This document shows, one piece after another, positions 10,168 through 20,149 of a DNA stretch of 64,000 bases. Position 1 is the first letter of the stretch; every line of letters begins with the position of its first letter. A program made the position numbers and the translations under genes. The DNA comes from Myxococcota bacterium (lineage in GTDB: Bacteria > Myxococcota_A > UBA796 > UBA2385), in contig JBIJDH010000028.1 in the NCBI GenBank assembly GCA_044344255.1, forward strand, positions 13,423 to 77,422. The letters are read 5' to 3'. The notes beneath the pieces are model-generated. The model made no database searches and had not been told where the DNA came from. It saw nothing but the letters and a program-made list of their open reading frames with translations.

Positions 10168-10196
10168 AGCCTACACCCGCCCGCGGCCTCCGTAAA
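10168..10196 (-). promoter_or_regulatory. sigma70-type promoter of the putative 6S RNA
   Basis: minus strand TTTACG (10196-10191), 17-nt spacer, TAGGCT (10173-10168), 7 nt before the terminal stem. Confidence 0.6.
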
Positions 10197-10213
10197 GCCC
10201 GACGCGACAGGGC

Positions 10214-13200
10214 CTACCGGACCCAGATCTCCCAGACCCCGGCGAAGGTGACGGTCGCAAAGTTGTAGTCGTCACACTCGAAGCGGATGTCATAGGTCGC
10301 CCAGTGGTAGCTGCCCCACACCATGAGGGGGAACTGCGAGAAGCGGTCCTGCACCGCGACGCCCGGGAAGCCCCACTTCTTGGCGCTCGCCCCGGTGCCC
10401 CAGCTCCCGGGGACCTGGCTGATGTAGGAGGTGTCGTCGGACTCGACCGTGAAGCTGCCCGTCGCCGTGGGGTAGGTCGAGGTCTGCGCGGTGAAGTAGG
10501 CGATCACGCTGGCGTCGTCGGTGGTGATGTGGATGACCCGGCCGGGGTTCACCTTCTTGCAATAGAAGCGCATCTCCGAGAAGCCGGAGGCGGTCTGGTA
10601 GTTGTAGAGGTACGAGGGCGCGATGTTCCCCGAGCCCGCCGTCGCGGCGGCGAGGCCGGCGTTGACGCTCGTGTTGGACACCCCCGGGAGCCCGCCCGTC
10701 GAGGTGACACCGAAGACCTGGGTCCAACCGCCCCCGTCATGGGTCATGTCGCAGGTGGCCTTCACCGGGGTGGTGCCGTCGCCGTCGATCCAGTAGGTGC
10801 CGTCGCCGGTGGACGCCCCGAGGTTCAGCACCTCCAGGCAGGAGGTCGCCGGGCAGTCCGACGAGGTCGCAAAGCAGACGGGGTCAGCGCTGGCGGTGGC
10901 GGAGCTACCGTCGTCGGTGCCGTCGTTCGGCGTCAGCGTGCAGGTCCACTCCTCTCCGGGGAGGAGGTCCTCGGCGGGCACGGTGTCGTCGGTCCAGGTG
11001 GTGGTGGTGGGGCCGGTCCAGATCGGCGAGGCGGTGTCGGCGGTGTCGGCGGAGCCGCCGGCGAAGTAGGGCTCGCCGTCTACCTCCCAGCTCACATGGT
11101 AGGTGATGCTGTCCCCATCCAGATCGGAGCTCGCGTTGTCGAGCGCACAGAGCAGCGAGTCGCCGTAGGCGGGGGCCGAGGGGGTCACATCCGCGGTGGG
11201 GGCCGTGGGGACAGAGTTCTGGACGGTGAGCGTGGCGGAGCTGGCGACCGTGGTGTCGATGCCGTCCGTTGCGGTCACCTGGACCGAGACGGTGTCGCCC
11301 TTGTCAAACCAGAGGGTGCCCAGCAGGGAGGTGCTGGTCGAGACCACCGCCCCGTTCACGCTCCAGGCGTAGCTGAGGCTGATGGGGTCGCCGTCGGCGT
11401 CGGTGGCGGAGGTCGAGGCGGTGGCGGTCGAGCGGGTGGTGAGCGTCCCCGGCGAGATCACCGGCGTGGTGAGGACCGGGGGCGAATTCACCACCGTCAC
11501 CGAGGCGCTGCCGGAGATCGGCGCCGCCTCGCCGTCGCTGGCGGTCACCGTGCAGGTGAACACATCCCCCACCGTCGCGGTGGTGGGGATCGTGAGGGTC
11601 GCGCCCGTGCTGCCGTCCGACCAGGCCGTGCTCACCGTCACGACGTCGGTGGGGTCAGGATCCACCGCCGAGGCCGTGCAGGTGATGAGGGTGCCTACCC
11701 CGGCCGATGACGCAGACAGCGTGGGCCCGGTGAGGGTGGGCGGGCTGTTCTCGACAAGGCGCTCCGCCGTCGCCGAGGGCCCGTCGCCGTCGCCGTCGGA
11801 GGGGGTGGCCACCACCCGGTAGCTGTGGTGCTTCGTGGTGGCGCTCGCCGGGAAGGTGCTGCTGGTCGAAGCAGAGGACAAGACGCTGTCCTCGTACCAC
11901 TCATAGCGGTACGTGACGGCCCCGCCCTCGGGGTCGACCGACCCATAGGCCAGCGCGACCAGATCGTCGTCGGTGAAGGCGGGGTCAGGACCGAGATCGA
12001 CCGAAGCGGCCGAGGGCAGCGCGTTCACGGTGATCTGAACCGAGACGGAGTCGGAGAGGCCCGAACGATCGGTGGCCTCCACCGTGACGGTGTGCGCCCC
12101 CGCCGAGAGGTCGGCGCGCGCCAGGGAGACGCCGCCCGAGCTGTCGGCGCCGGCGGTGCTGAGCAGGCCGTCCAGGTCGCTCGTCCAGGTGAGCGTCAGG
12201 TCTCCCGGGGCGTCCTCGGGATCGGAGACGGTGCCGAAGAAGGCGACCTCCTCGCCCTCGTTGAAGCGGTCGCCGTCCGAGGGCTGGTCGAGCTGCAGAT
12301 CGGGCGCGTTGCCGACTGTGAAGTAGAGGCTGTCGGTGCAGGCGGCGCCCACCTCGTCGGTGATCGACAGCGTGATGACATGCGTTCCGAGCGAGAGGGC
12401 GGAGGTCGACAGCCGCGCGGTACCGTCACTCTCTGGCGGGCTGTCGCCGAGGACACCGTCGAGGTCGCTCTCCCAGGTGACCGAGAGGTCGGGCGACGGG
12501 ATGTCAGCGTCCTCGGCGAGGCCCACGAAGCGCTGCTCGACGCCGTAGGCCCCGAGCGCGCCGTCCGCGGGCTCGGTGATGGCGCAGGTGGGCGGGGAAT
12601 TGGGCGGCCCGACCGCGATCAGCACGCTGTCGGCCGCGGTCTTGCCGGTCGTGTCGGTGACGAGCACGGTGATGGCGTGCTCCCCCTCCTCGAGGGCGCC
12701 GAAGGCGGAGGCCTCGCCGCCGCTGGTGACCTGGGTGACGATGTCGAGGTCGCCCTGGAGGCTGCTCGACCAGGCGAAGGCGAGCGCCGTGGCGTCATCC
12801 TCGGCGTCTGAGGCCGTGGCCCCGAAGGCGACGAGCTGATCACTGTAGTAGCGGCCGCCCTCGAGCGGCGCGGTGAGGTCGACCTCGGGGGCCTCCGTGG
12901 GCTCCACGGTCAGCACGACGCGGTCGGAGTCGCTGGCGCCCGAGGGATCGCGGACGACGAGATCGACCTGCCCGCCGTCGAGGCCGATCGGGGCCTCACA
13001 GGTGACCGCGCCGAAGGAGTCGGTGACCGACTCTTCACAGAAGGCGACCTCGTCGACCGTCCAGGTCACCGTGAGCGAGGTGAGCTCGTTGTCCGGATCA
13101 CCCACGGTGCCCTGGAGCCGCACCAGGACTCCCTCCTGCACCACATCACCGTTCTTGTGGGAGGTGATGTCGACGGTCGGGACCGCGTTGAATTTGGTGA

Positions 13201-13297
13201 GGCCCCCGTCTGAGCAGCCCAGGGCCGCCCACACAGCCGAGATGGGCAGCCAGCGGGCGCAGACTGCCGTACGCGAGGAACGAGGTGCCAAGGCCAT
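10214..13297 (-). CDS. large surface lipoprotein with Ig/PKD-like repeats and a C-terminal fibrinogen-related domain
   Basis: lipobox LGC; repeated W.SDLDG.L...G.H.ITL..TD modules; SCLEVL..G...DGTYWID......TCDMTHDGGGWT. Confidence 0.8.
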   Translation of the reverse strand: MALAPRSSRTAVCARWLPISAVWAALGCSDGGLTKFNAVPTVDITSHKNGDVVQEGVLVRLQGTVGDPDNELTSLTVTWTVDEVAFCEESVTDSFGAVTCEAPIGLDGGQVDLVVRDPSGASDSDRVVLTVEPTEAPEVDLTAPLEGGRYYSDQLVAFGATASDAEDDATALAFAWSSSLQGDLDIVTQVTSGGEASAFGALEEGEHAITVLVTDTTGKTAADSVLIAVGPPNSPPTCAITEPADGALGAYGVEQRFVGLAEDADIPSPDLSVTWESDLDGVLGDSPPESDGTARLSTSALSLGTHVITLSITDEVGAACTDSLYFTVGNAPDLQLDQPSDGDRFNEGEEVAFFGTVSDPEDAPGDLTLTWTSDLDGLLSTAGADSSGGVSLARADLSAGAHTVTVEATDRSGLSDSVSVQITVNALPSAASVDLGPDPAFTDDDLVALAYGSVDPEGGAVTYRYEWYEDSVLSSASTSSTFPASATTKHHSYRVVATPSDGDGDGPSATAERLVENSPPTLTGPTLSASSAGVGTLITCTASAVDPDPTDVVTVSTAWSDGSTGATLTIPTTATVGDVFTCTVTASDGEAAPISGSASVTVVNSPPVLTTPVISPGTLTTRSTATASTSATDADGDPISLSYAWSVNGAVVSTSTSLLGTLWFDKGDTVSVQVTATDGIDTTVASSATLTVQNSVPTAPTADVTPSAPAYGDSLLCALDNASSDLDGDSITYHVSWEVDGEPYFAGGSADTADTASPIWTGPTTTTWTDDTVPAEDLLPGEEWTCTLTPNDGTDDGSSATASADPVCFATSSDCPATSCLEVLNLGASTGDGTYWIDGDGTTPVKATCDMTHDGGGWTQVFGVTSTGGLPGVSNTSVNAGLAAATAGSGNIAPSYLYNYQTASGFSEMRFYCKKVNPGRVIHITTDDASVIAYFTAQTSTYPTATGSFTVESDDTSYISQVPGSWGTGASAKKWGFPGVAVQDRFSQFPLMVWGSYHWATYDIRFECDDYNFATVTFAGVWEIWVR

Positions 13298-13397
13298 GCG
13301 TGCTCCGAAGCCCCCACCATACATCAGCGACCGCGCTTCGTCGGGCACGGGCCCCGACGCGGGCGGAGAGGGCGTACTCCTCGGAGGATCGCGCTCG

Positions 13398-13877
13398 CTA
13401 CTTCTCGATCGGGAAGCCGGCGGCGCGCCAGGCCGCGGTGCCGCCGGTGACGTTGATCGGCTTTACAAAGCCAGCGGCGGCGAGGGTCTGGGTGGCGGAG
13501 GCGCTGCGACCGCCCTTCTCACAGATGAGGTAGAGCTCTGTGCCCTTCTGGGCGTCGAGCTCGGCCTTACGCGCCTCGAGCTGATCGAGGGGGATGTTGC
13601 GGGCGCCCGGCACATGACCACCCGCGAACTCTTCGGCTGAGCGCACGTCGATCACGACCGCGGCCCCGTTGTCGACCAGAGCCTTGAGCCCGACCACGTC
13701 GGTCTCTCCCGGGGAAGCGGCGCTCACCGTGGCCGCAGGCGCGGCGCTAGCCGGAGCGGCGGCCGCCGGAGCCGGGGCGGAGGCCGTGGGGGGCTCCGCC
13801 GGGGTGGGCGCGCCCCCGCAGGCCGCGAGCGAGAGGAGCGAAGAGAGCATCAGGGCGGTGCGGGGTCGGATGAGCAT
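13398..13877 (-). CDS. rhodanese-like lipoprotein
   Basis: LAAC lipobox; DVRSAEEFAGGHVPGA, active-site CEKGGRS, GGTAAW. Confidence 0.88.
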   Translation of the reverse strand: MLIRPRTALMLSSLLSLAACGGAPTPAEPPTASAPAPAAAAPASAAPAATVSAASPGETDVVGLKALVDNGAAVVIDVRSAEEFAGGHVPGARNIPLDQLEARKAELDAQKGTELYLICEKGGRSASATQTLAAAGFVKPINVTGGTAAWRAAGFPIEK

Positions 13878-13960
13878 GGGGCCTCCAAGGGGCGCCAGTC
13901 TACACCGGCGGAGGCGCACGCACCGCTTGACGAGGGGGCGGCGCGGGTCAACATGGAGCC

Positions 13961-15289
13961 ATGTCTTCGATCCGCTGGCACGAAGCGCTCGCGCCCCTCG
14001 CCTCCGCCATCGCTCCGGGCCTCAGCCCCGGCCTCGCCGCGATGGGGGCCCCGGCCAGCCCGACCGGCGGCCTCGCGGTCTCGGTGGGCGCGACCGGCCT
14101 CCGCTGGGGGGCGCTCACGGTCGACGAGAGCCTGCTCGGCCCCAGCCTCTACGGCGAGGAGGACGCCGCCCTCGCCGAGCTCGCGCCGGGCTTCGCCCTC
14201 GACCGCTTCCGGCGCCTCACCGGGCTCGTGCTCGAGGCGGTCCTCCTGCACCGCGCGATCGAGGCCGACGAAGGGGGGCCGCAGGGAGGCGACCCCTCCC
14301 AAGAGGCGCGCCAGTCCGAGCGCCTGCAGGACCCCTGGCGCCGGGCCGCGGCCGCGCTCGCCGTCGACGCAGCCCTGCCGGCCCTCGGCTGGCTGCTCCC
14401 TGCCCTCGCCGGCCTCGCCCTCGAGCCCGAGCAGAGCGCCCTCGACGCGCCGCGGCGCCTCGCCTGGTACCTCCGCTGGGCCGGCGGCCCCACGCCGCCC
14501 ACCCCGGCGTCCTGGGTCGCCTTCGGGGCGTGGATCCGCGACCGCAAGCAGGGGCCCCTGGCCCAGGTCTCGGCCCCGCTGAGCCCCGCCCCCGCTCGCC
14601 CGCTCCCCGGCGGGGAGTGGCTCGCCGCCGCGCTCTCCCATCGCCCCGTGCAGGTCGAGGGTGGGGAGCGCGGCTGCCAGCTCATCGTGCGCGGGGTGGG
14701 CCGCATCGCCGGGCCCGAGTCGGCGCCGCCCCGCGGGCAGGCCAACCTCCTGCTCGGCGCCGTCTCCGCCGGCTATTGCCTCCTTCGGAGAGAGGCCGCG
14801 GGCCCGATCGGCGGCTGGACCCTCGACACCGGGAGCTACGGTCACCACGTCGGCGGCGCGCGCGGCGTCGAGCTCCACCTCCACGAAGACGGCCGCGTCG
14901 AGATCGTCGGCGCCGACGCCTTCGTCGGCCGCCCCACGCCCGAGCTCCTCGAGATGGCCGAGTCCGTCGGGCTCTCCGGCACGGCGGCCGGCCGCTGGAC
15001 CCTCACCGAGCTCGAGCCCGACGGCCGCTCGGGCGCCCTCCACCTCACCGGCCTCGAGCTCGGTCCCGTCAGCCTTCACCCCCGGAAGGGCCGTCGTTTC
15101 CTCCTCCCCGCCGACGCCATGGTCGCCCCGGTGCGGGCCACCCTCGCCGCCCTCCAGGCCGGCCCCATCCGCTGGCGCACCTTCGAGGCCGACGGGCAGC
15201 TCCGCCTCTCCACCCACCGGAGCCTCGGCGAAGGCGCGCTCGCCTTCCACTTCTCGCTGCGGCCACCGAGCAGCGGTCCAGAGAGCTGA
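13961..15289 (+). CDS. hypothetical protein
   Basis: GGAG RBS before ATG, host-like codon usage, fills the gap between neighbours; no family recognised. Confidence 0.65.
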   Translation: MSSIRWHEALAPLASAIAPGLSPGLAAMGAPASPTGGLAVSVGATGLRWGALTVDESLLGPSLYGEEDAALAELAPGFALDRFRRLTGLVLEAVLLHRAIEADEGGPQGGDPSQEARQSERLQDPWRRAAAALAVDAALPALGWLLPALAGLALEPEQSALDAPRRLAWYLRWAGGPTPPTPASWVAFGAWIRDRKQGPLAQVSAPLSPAPARPLPGGEWLAAALSHRPVQVEGGERGCQLIVRGVGRIAGPESAPPRGQANLLLGAVSAGYCLLRREAAGPIGGWTLDTGSYGHHVGGARGVELHLHEDGRVEIVGADAFVGRPTPELLEMAESVGLSGTAAGRWTLTELEPDGRSGALHLTGLELGPVSLHPRKGRRFLLPADAMVAPVRATLAALQAGPIRWRTFEADGQLRLSTHRSLGEGALAFHFSLRPPSSGPES

Positions 15290-15312
15290 GTTTCAGAGAG
15301 CGGCCGCCCCCC

Positions 15313-17709
15313 TCAGGCCCCGTGCACGTTCGGCAGCACCGCGAAGAAGCGGATCGCCATCAGCCCGCCGAAGAAGACGAGCAGCCCCAGGAGCAGCAGC
15401 AGGCCGAGGCGAGACCCCCGACCGACCAGGGGCCAGCTCCGCGCGCGCGGCGGCTCGACCGCGTCGGCCGACCACCAGGCGCCGAGCGCCGCCCGCAGCC
15501 TCGCCCCGCCGCCCCGCCGCGCGCCGAGCAGCAGCCCGGCGATGATGCCGGCCAGCACAACCTTCCCGCCGCTCGAGAGCCAGGCGAGCAGGAGGCCCGT
15601 CAGCACGAGCCCGAGGCCGAGGCCGAGGCGACGCGCGGGGGCCGCCGTGGGCGTCTCACCGCTGGCGCGCAGCAGGCCGAGCACCAGGAGGAGGCCGCAG
15701 AGGAGGGCCGCAGGGGCGCGGAGCCAGCCGCGGGCGAAGGTGAGCCCCACCCGCACCGGCGACGAGGCCGCCACCCAGTAGCGGTCGTAGGAGAGCGGGG
15801 TGCCGCCGGTGGGCAGCTCCACCCGCACCGGCAGCACGCCGCCGGTGTCACCCCCCACGAAGGTGCCGCCCACGAAGGAGCCACCGCCGAAGGTGTCGTA
15901 CCACTCCGCGCTCCCGGTGAATCGCTGGGGCTCGATGTCGCTCTCCAGGGCCGAGTAGTCGTTGTTGGCGGGCAGCCAGATCGACCAGTGTACGGAGGAG
16001 GCCGGCAGCTCGAGCTCGGGCAGGGCCAGCTCTCGGGCCCCGACGAGGCCGAAGCGCCCGACGTCCTGCTCGAGCACGAGCTGGAGCGTGAAGGGGACGA
16101 GCCGGTCCTCACCCTTGGAGCGCTTGAGGGGGAGCAGCAGCCCGCCCTGACCATCCTCGGAGGGCTTGATCGGCTCTCCGTCGAGGAGGCTCGACCGCAC
16201 GCTCAGCCCCTCGGGGAGGCGGAGGCGGAGGCTGTGGCGGAGCCGATTGCGGAGGGTGATCTGCAGATCGGTGAGCGCGCGCCCCTCGGCGGCGATGACG
16301 GTGGTGGCGCGGACGCCGTCGATCGAGCCGCTGGCCGGCTCCTTCTCGGGGAGGCTGGTCGCGGTGAGCGAGAGCCGGGCCCCGGCCGAGTGGTAGCGGT
16401 AGCCGCGGAGCACGGGGCTCACCGCGCTCTGCACCATCAAGGCCGGGAGCTCGGCCACGTCTACGGCGAGGACCTCGCTGCGCGCCACCTCCTCGAGCTT
16501 GAGGTTGCCGATCACCTCGACGCCCACCCAGCCGTACTCTCGCTCGACCCCGGTGGCCCGCGGCGGCACCACCTCGAAGGCCGCCCCTGCGCCGCCGGTG
16601 AGCTCCCGGCGGAGGCGGAGCGAGAGCTCATAACGGTCGCGGATCGGGAAGGCCGTCTCCCCGCGGAGCAGGGTGCCGGTGGGTCCGGGCGGGTCGAGCG
16701 TGTAGCGGAAGGCGCCCTCGCCGTCGGCCGAGACCACCGTGAAGCCGGGCGGCACCAGCACATCGAATTGCCGCGTCCCAGCGTGGAGGATGTTGTAGCG
16801 GAGGACGGTGAACAGATCGACCTCGGTCTGCCCCACGCTCAGCAGGCTCAAGGTCTCGGCGTAGACCTTCGCCGCCCGCCCCTCTTCGGCGCCCAGCTCC
16901 CGGAACCCGACGAGGTGGAGGCGGCTCGTGGGCGCCAGCCAGGCGTCGAGGCGCGTCTCCCCCGGGCTGCGCACCACCTCGGCCCGCACCGCCCGCGACA
17001 GGCGTGGCTCGAGGCCCTCGGTCGGGAAGGTGCAGGAGAAGCGGGTCACCGGGGTGCGGGCGACGAGCAGGTCATACTCGGCGGAGCCGCGCGGGCCCTT
17101 GACGGGGACGAGGGTCTCCAGGGTCAGGGAGACCTCGCCGGTCATCTGCGTGAGCCATACGTGGTAGCCCCCGGTGCGGGTGACCGAGATGGGCACGCCG
17201 CCGACGCGAGCGCCGACCAGCGCCACCTCTTCGCCGAGCAGGGGCACCACCTTCCAGCGCCCGGGGCCGCGCAGCGTGACGTCGAGGGTCAGCGTGAGCG
17301 AGAGCCCGCCCGGCACCGCGCGCCCGACGTACTGGCTGGCCCCGAGCACGACGAGGGTGTCGTAGCCGACCGCGTCTTCGGCCTGGCGGGCGCGCAGCTC
17401 GGCGCGGAGGCGCTCGTAGGCGTCGAGCGAGACCTCCACCTCCCCCGCGCCCGAGCCCGCGCTGATCGGCGGCAGGGTGACCGGGCCCCGCGCCGGCGCT
17501 GGGGCGGGGCTGGCGGCGGCGGTGTAACCGAGGGCCTGCAGCGCTCCGCTGCCCTCCCCCGTGTTCTGCTGCATGATCGAGTTGAACTGGGCGTCTGAGG
17601 CTCGCTCGGCCTCGACCTCATCCTCTGCCCACGCAGGGGCGCCGGGGAAGAAGACGAGAGCGAGGAGGGCGAAGAGGGCGACGACCCAACCGCGGAGGGG
17701 CGCGCTCAT
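15313..17709 (-). CDS. exported/membrane hypothetical protein, paralog of the upstream gene
   Basis: signal peptide, large beta-rich region, C-terminal TM helices; start overlaps the stop of the 17706..20096 gene. Confidence 0.75.
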   Translation of the reverse strand: MSAPLRGWVVALFALLALVFFPGAPAWAEDEVEAERASDAQFNSIMQQNTGEGSGALQALGYTAAASPAPAPARGPVTLPPISAGSGAGEVEVSLDAYERLRAELRARQAEDAVGYDTLVVLGASQYVGRAVPGGLSLTLTLDVTLRGPGRWKVVPLLGEEVALVGARVGGVPISVTRTGGYHVWLTQMTGEVSLTLETLVPVKGPRGSAEYDLLVARTPVTRFSCTFPTEGLEPRLSRAVRAEVVRSPGETRLDAWLAPTSRLHLVGFRELGAEEGRAAKVYAETLSLLSVGQTEVDLFTVLRYNILHAGTRQFDVLVPPGFTVVSADGEGAFRYTLDPPGPTGTLLRGETAFPIRDRYELSLRLRRELTGGAGAAFEVVPPRATGVEREYGWVGVEVIGNLKLEEVARSEVLAVDVAELPALMVQSAVSPVLRGYRYHSAGARLSLTATSLPEKEPASGSIDGVRATTVIAAEGRALTDLQITLRNRLRHSLRLRLPEGLSVRSSLLDGEPIKPSEDGQGGLLLPLKRSKGEDRLVPFTLQLVLEQDVGRFGLVGARELALPELELPASSVHWSIWLPANNDYSALESDIEPQRFTGSAEWYDTFGGGSFVGGTFVGGDTGGVLPVRVELPTGGTPLSYDRYWVAASSPVRVGLTFARGWLRAPAALLCGLLLVLGLLRASGETPTAAPARRLGLGLGLVLTGLLLAWLSSGGKVVLAGIIAGLLLGARRGGGARLRAALGAWWSADAVEPPRARSWPLVGRGSRLGLLLLLGLLVFFGGLMAIRFFAVLPNVHGA

Positions 17710-20096
17710 GCTCGGCGCCTCCACTGACGGGTGAGGGCCACGAGCGCGAGGGTAGACCAGAGCAGCGGCACCATCAGCAACACCCACACGAAGAAGAGCA
17801 GGCCGAGCCCGAGCAGGAGGCTCCGGCCGCTGAGCAGGCCGAGCAGCGAGCGGGCGCTCTGGAGGCGGCGCCGGCCGAGCGCCAGCAACCCCGGCCCCTG
17901 CTCCACGGCGAGGGCCACGAGCAGGGCCAGATCGACCCCCCAGAGGATGCGCCGGTGGACGCCGAGCACGAACCAGGCGAGGCCGAGCAGGGCCATCATC
18001 CCGGCGGCGACGGCGCCTCGGCCGATCTTCCCGCGCAGCAGCCCGAACACGAGCCCGAAGGCGCCGAGCAGGGCGCCCACCCTGAGCGCCGGCAGCACCG
18101 ACCGCCGCACCCAGGTCACCACCATCGCAGGGGCCTCCCGACCGAGGAGGATGCGCTTGAAGCGGTACCGGTCCCCGATCAACGGGAAGGCGCTGGCCGC
18201 CTCCTGCCCACCGGACTCGTGCAGGTTCTCCTCTCGGTAGATCGCCTTTCGTCGGGCGAGGATGTTGGTGTAGCCGTCTCCGCCGGCCCAGGCCGAGCGG
18301 ATGAGCAGGGCGTCCCGGAGGAAGGTGCGCAGCCGCCGGATGTGGTCGTAGCGGATGTCGGAGTACTGGCTCAAGTTGGCGCTGAAGTCGAGGGGCTCGA
18401 TCGAGTCGGGGAGGTAGACGTGCCAGGTGGCCTCGACGACGTCGACATCGACCGCGGGCAGCCGGAGCGCCCGGCGACCGAGGCCGCCGAGCGCCTCGCC
18501 CTGCCGGGTGTACGCGAGCTCGACGACGAAGCTGCTCTCCTGGACAGACAAGCCCGGCTCGGTGGGGATGCGGAGGACCTGCCCCGGAGCGAGATCGAAG
18601 GCGTGCGAGAGCTGGTCGGGGTTCGCCTGGAGGATCGCGTCCCAGCGGCCCGGATCGGAGAAGAAACGATCGGCGATGCCGCCGAGGGTGTCGCCGGGCT
18701 GCACCTCCCAGGTCTGCGTCTGCCCTTCGGTGAAGCGCTCGCTCTGGACGAGCGGGAAGAGGAGCCCGTTCGGGTCGTCGGGGGAGACGGCGGGGCGCAC
18801 TGGGCGGCCGTCGATGAGGGCGTGGGTGAGCACCGCCCCCTCGGGCAGGCTGAGGCCGAGGTACTGCCGCGTGCGGTTCCGGAGGCGGAGCTGCATCTTC
18901 GTGATCTCGGCGCCCCCCTCGTCGAGGACCGTGGAGGCCTCGAGGTCATCGACGACGGTGCTCGACAGCTCCACCTCAGCCTGCCGGTGCACCGCGAGCG
19001 CGATCTGGGGCGGCGCCTCGAAGCGGTAGCTGAGCAGGAGCGGGTTCTCGGAGATGTCGGAGAGCTCGCGCGGGAGGTCGCGTAAGGGGGTCACGCCCTC
19101 CGCGGAGACGACCTTCGCCTCGAGCCCGGCCGGCCCCTCCACCCCGAGCGAACCCGTCCAGGGGGTGCCCGCCGGCGGGGTCGGCATGCGCAGGGTGATG
19201 CCCTGATCGAGCTCGACGGGGAACTGGAAGTGGACCCGCAGCGGGACGTGGTCGGTGACGAGGTAGCGCAGCAGCACGACCAGCTCGCCGCCACCGCCCG
19301 GGGGGCCCGCCTCGGTCTGCCACTGGAGCACGGCCTCGCCGGTGACGTCGACCACCTCGACACCCTCGGGGAGGGTGAGGCGGACCCGATCGGCCTCCCC
19401 GTCGAGCACCGTGGTGTCGACCACGAGCAAGCCCCGCACCAGGGCCTCATGGAGGGTGAAGAGCGCCGCCACCCGGGCCTCGGTGCGCACGGGCGCGGCG
19501 GCCTGCTCGGTGTGGCCCTTCCAGGCGAGGTCAAGGGCGCCCGTCGCGTCGAGCTGGCCGCGGATGCGCGTGCCGCCCGCCTCCGGGACGAGCGCGGTGA
19601 TCGCGCCGTGGCTGAGCGTGGCCTCGATGCCCGCCTCCGGGACCTGGATCGAGATCGCGGTGGGCCCGCCTCCGGGGAGGTTGAAGGAGAGGCGGCGGGC
19701 GAAGCGGTCGTCTTCCCGGCCCTGAAAGAAGCCCACCCGCAGCGAATGGACCCCTGGCGAGTCAACGGCGACCGTGTACAGGCCGCCTTCTTCGAGGAGG
19801 GAGGTGCGCCGCCCGTCGAGCTCCACGCTCGCGACCGAGGCCGCCGCGTCGAGCACCGGCACCCGCAGCGGGGCGGCGCCGGCCGGCACCTCGAAGCGGC
19901 TGCTCAGCGTGCCGCTGAAGACCCCACGGCGCAGGCTCCCCTCGACGGTCCGATCCTGGAAGAGCACGGGCTCCGGGGGCGCCGAGACCGCCGCCTCCGC
20001 AGAGAGGGCCTCCTGCAGGGCCACCCAGTCGGGCAAGGGCATCGTGACGGTGCCGTCGGCCGCCATCGCGAAGGGGGCGAGGAACAAGGTCCACAT
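17706..20096 (-). CDS. exported/membrane protein with an internal LysM domain
   Basis: signal peptide; LysM motif WEVQPGDTLGGIADRFF.....W..I..AN......L.PGQVLRIP; C-terminal TM helices. Confidence 0.8.
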   Translation of the reverse strand: MWTLFLAPFAMAADGTVTMPLPDWVALQEALSAEAAVSAPPEPVLFQDRTVEGSLRRGVFSGTLSSRFEVPAGAAPLRVPVLDAAASVASVELDGRRTSLLEEGGLYTVAVDSPGVHSLRVGFFQGREDDRFARRLSFNLPGGGPTAISIQVPEAGIEATLSHGAITALVPEAGGTRIRGQLDATGALDLAWKGHTEQAAAPVRTEARVAALFTLHEALVRGLLVVDTTVLDGEADRVRLTLPEGVEVVDVTGEAVLQWQTEAGPPGGGGELVVLLRYLVTDHVPLRVHFQFPVELDQGITLRMPTPPAGTPWTGSLGVEGPAGLEAKVVSAEGVTPLRDLPRELSDISENPLLLSYRFEAPPQIALAVHRQAEVELSSTVVDDLEASTVLDEGGAEITKMQLRLRNRTRQYLGLSLPEGAVLTHALIDGRPVRPAVSPDDPNGLLFPLVQSERFTEGQTQTWEVQPGDTLGGIADRFFSDPGRWDAILQANPDQLSHAFDLAPGQVLRIPTEPGLSVQESSFVVELAYTRQGEALGGLGRRALRLPAVDVDVVEATWHVYLPDSIEPLDFSANLSQYSDIRYDHIRRLRTFLRDALLIRSAWAGGDGYTNILARRKAIYREENLHESGGQEAASAFPLIGDRYRFKRILLGREAPAMVVTWVRRSVLPALRVGALLGAFGLVFGLLRGKIGRGAVAAGMMALLGLAWFVLGVHRRILWGVDLALLVALAVEQGPGLLALGRRRLQSARSLLGLLSGRSLLLGLGLLFFVWVLLMVPLLWSTLALVALTRQWRRRA

Positions 20097-20149
20097 CGGG
20101 GCGCTCCAGACCGGGGACCATAGCAGAGCCCCGCGACCGCCGTGTCGGC

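Noticed and set aside
13669..17598. 1309-aa + strand ORF and similar long antisense or shifted ORFs (e.g. 1522..3873, 30961..33726, 38701..41367, 54256..56883)
   Set aside because: Shadow ORFs typical of high-GC DNA; they overlap genes with recognisable motifs and are Arg/Pro/Gly-rich without domains
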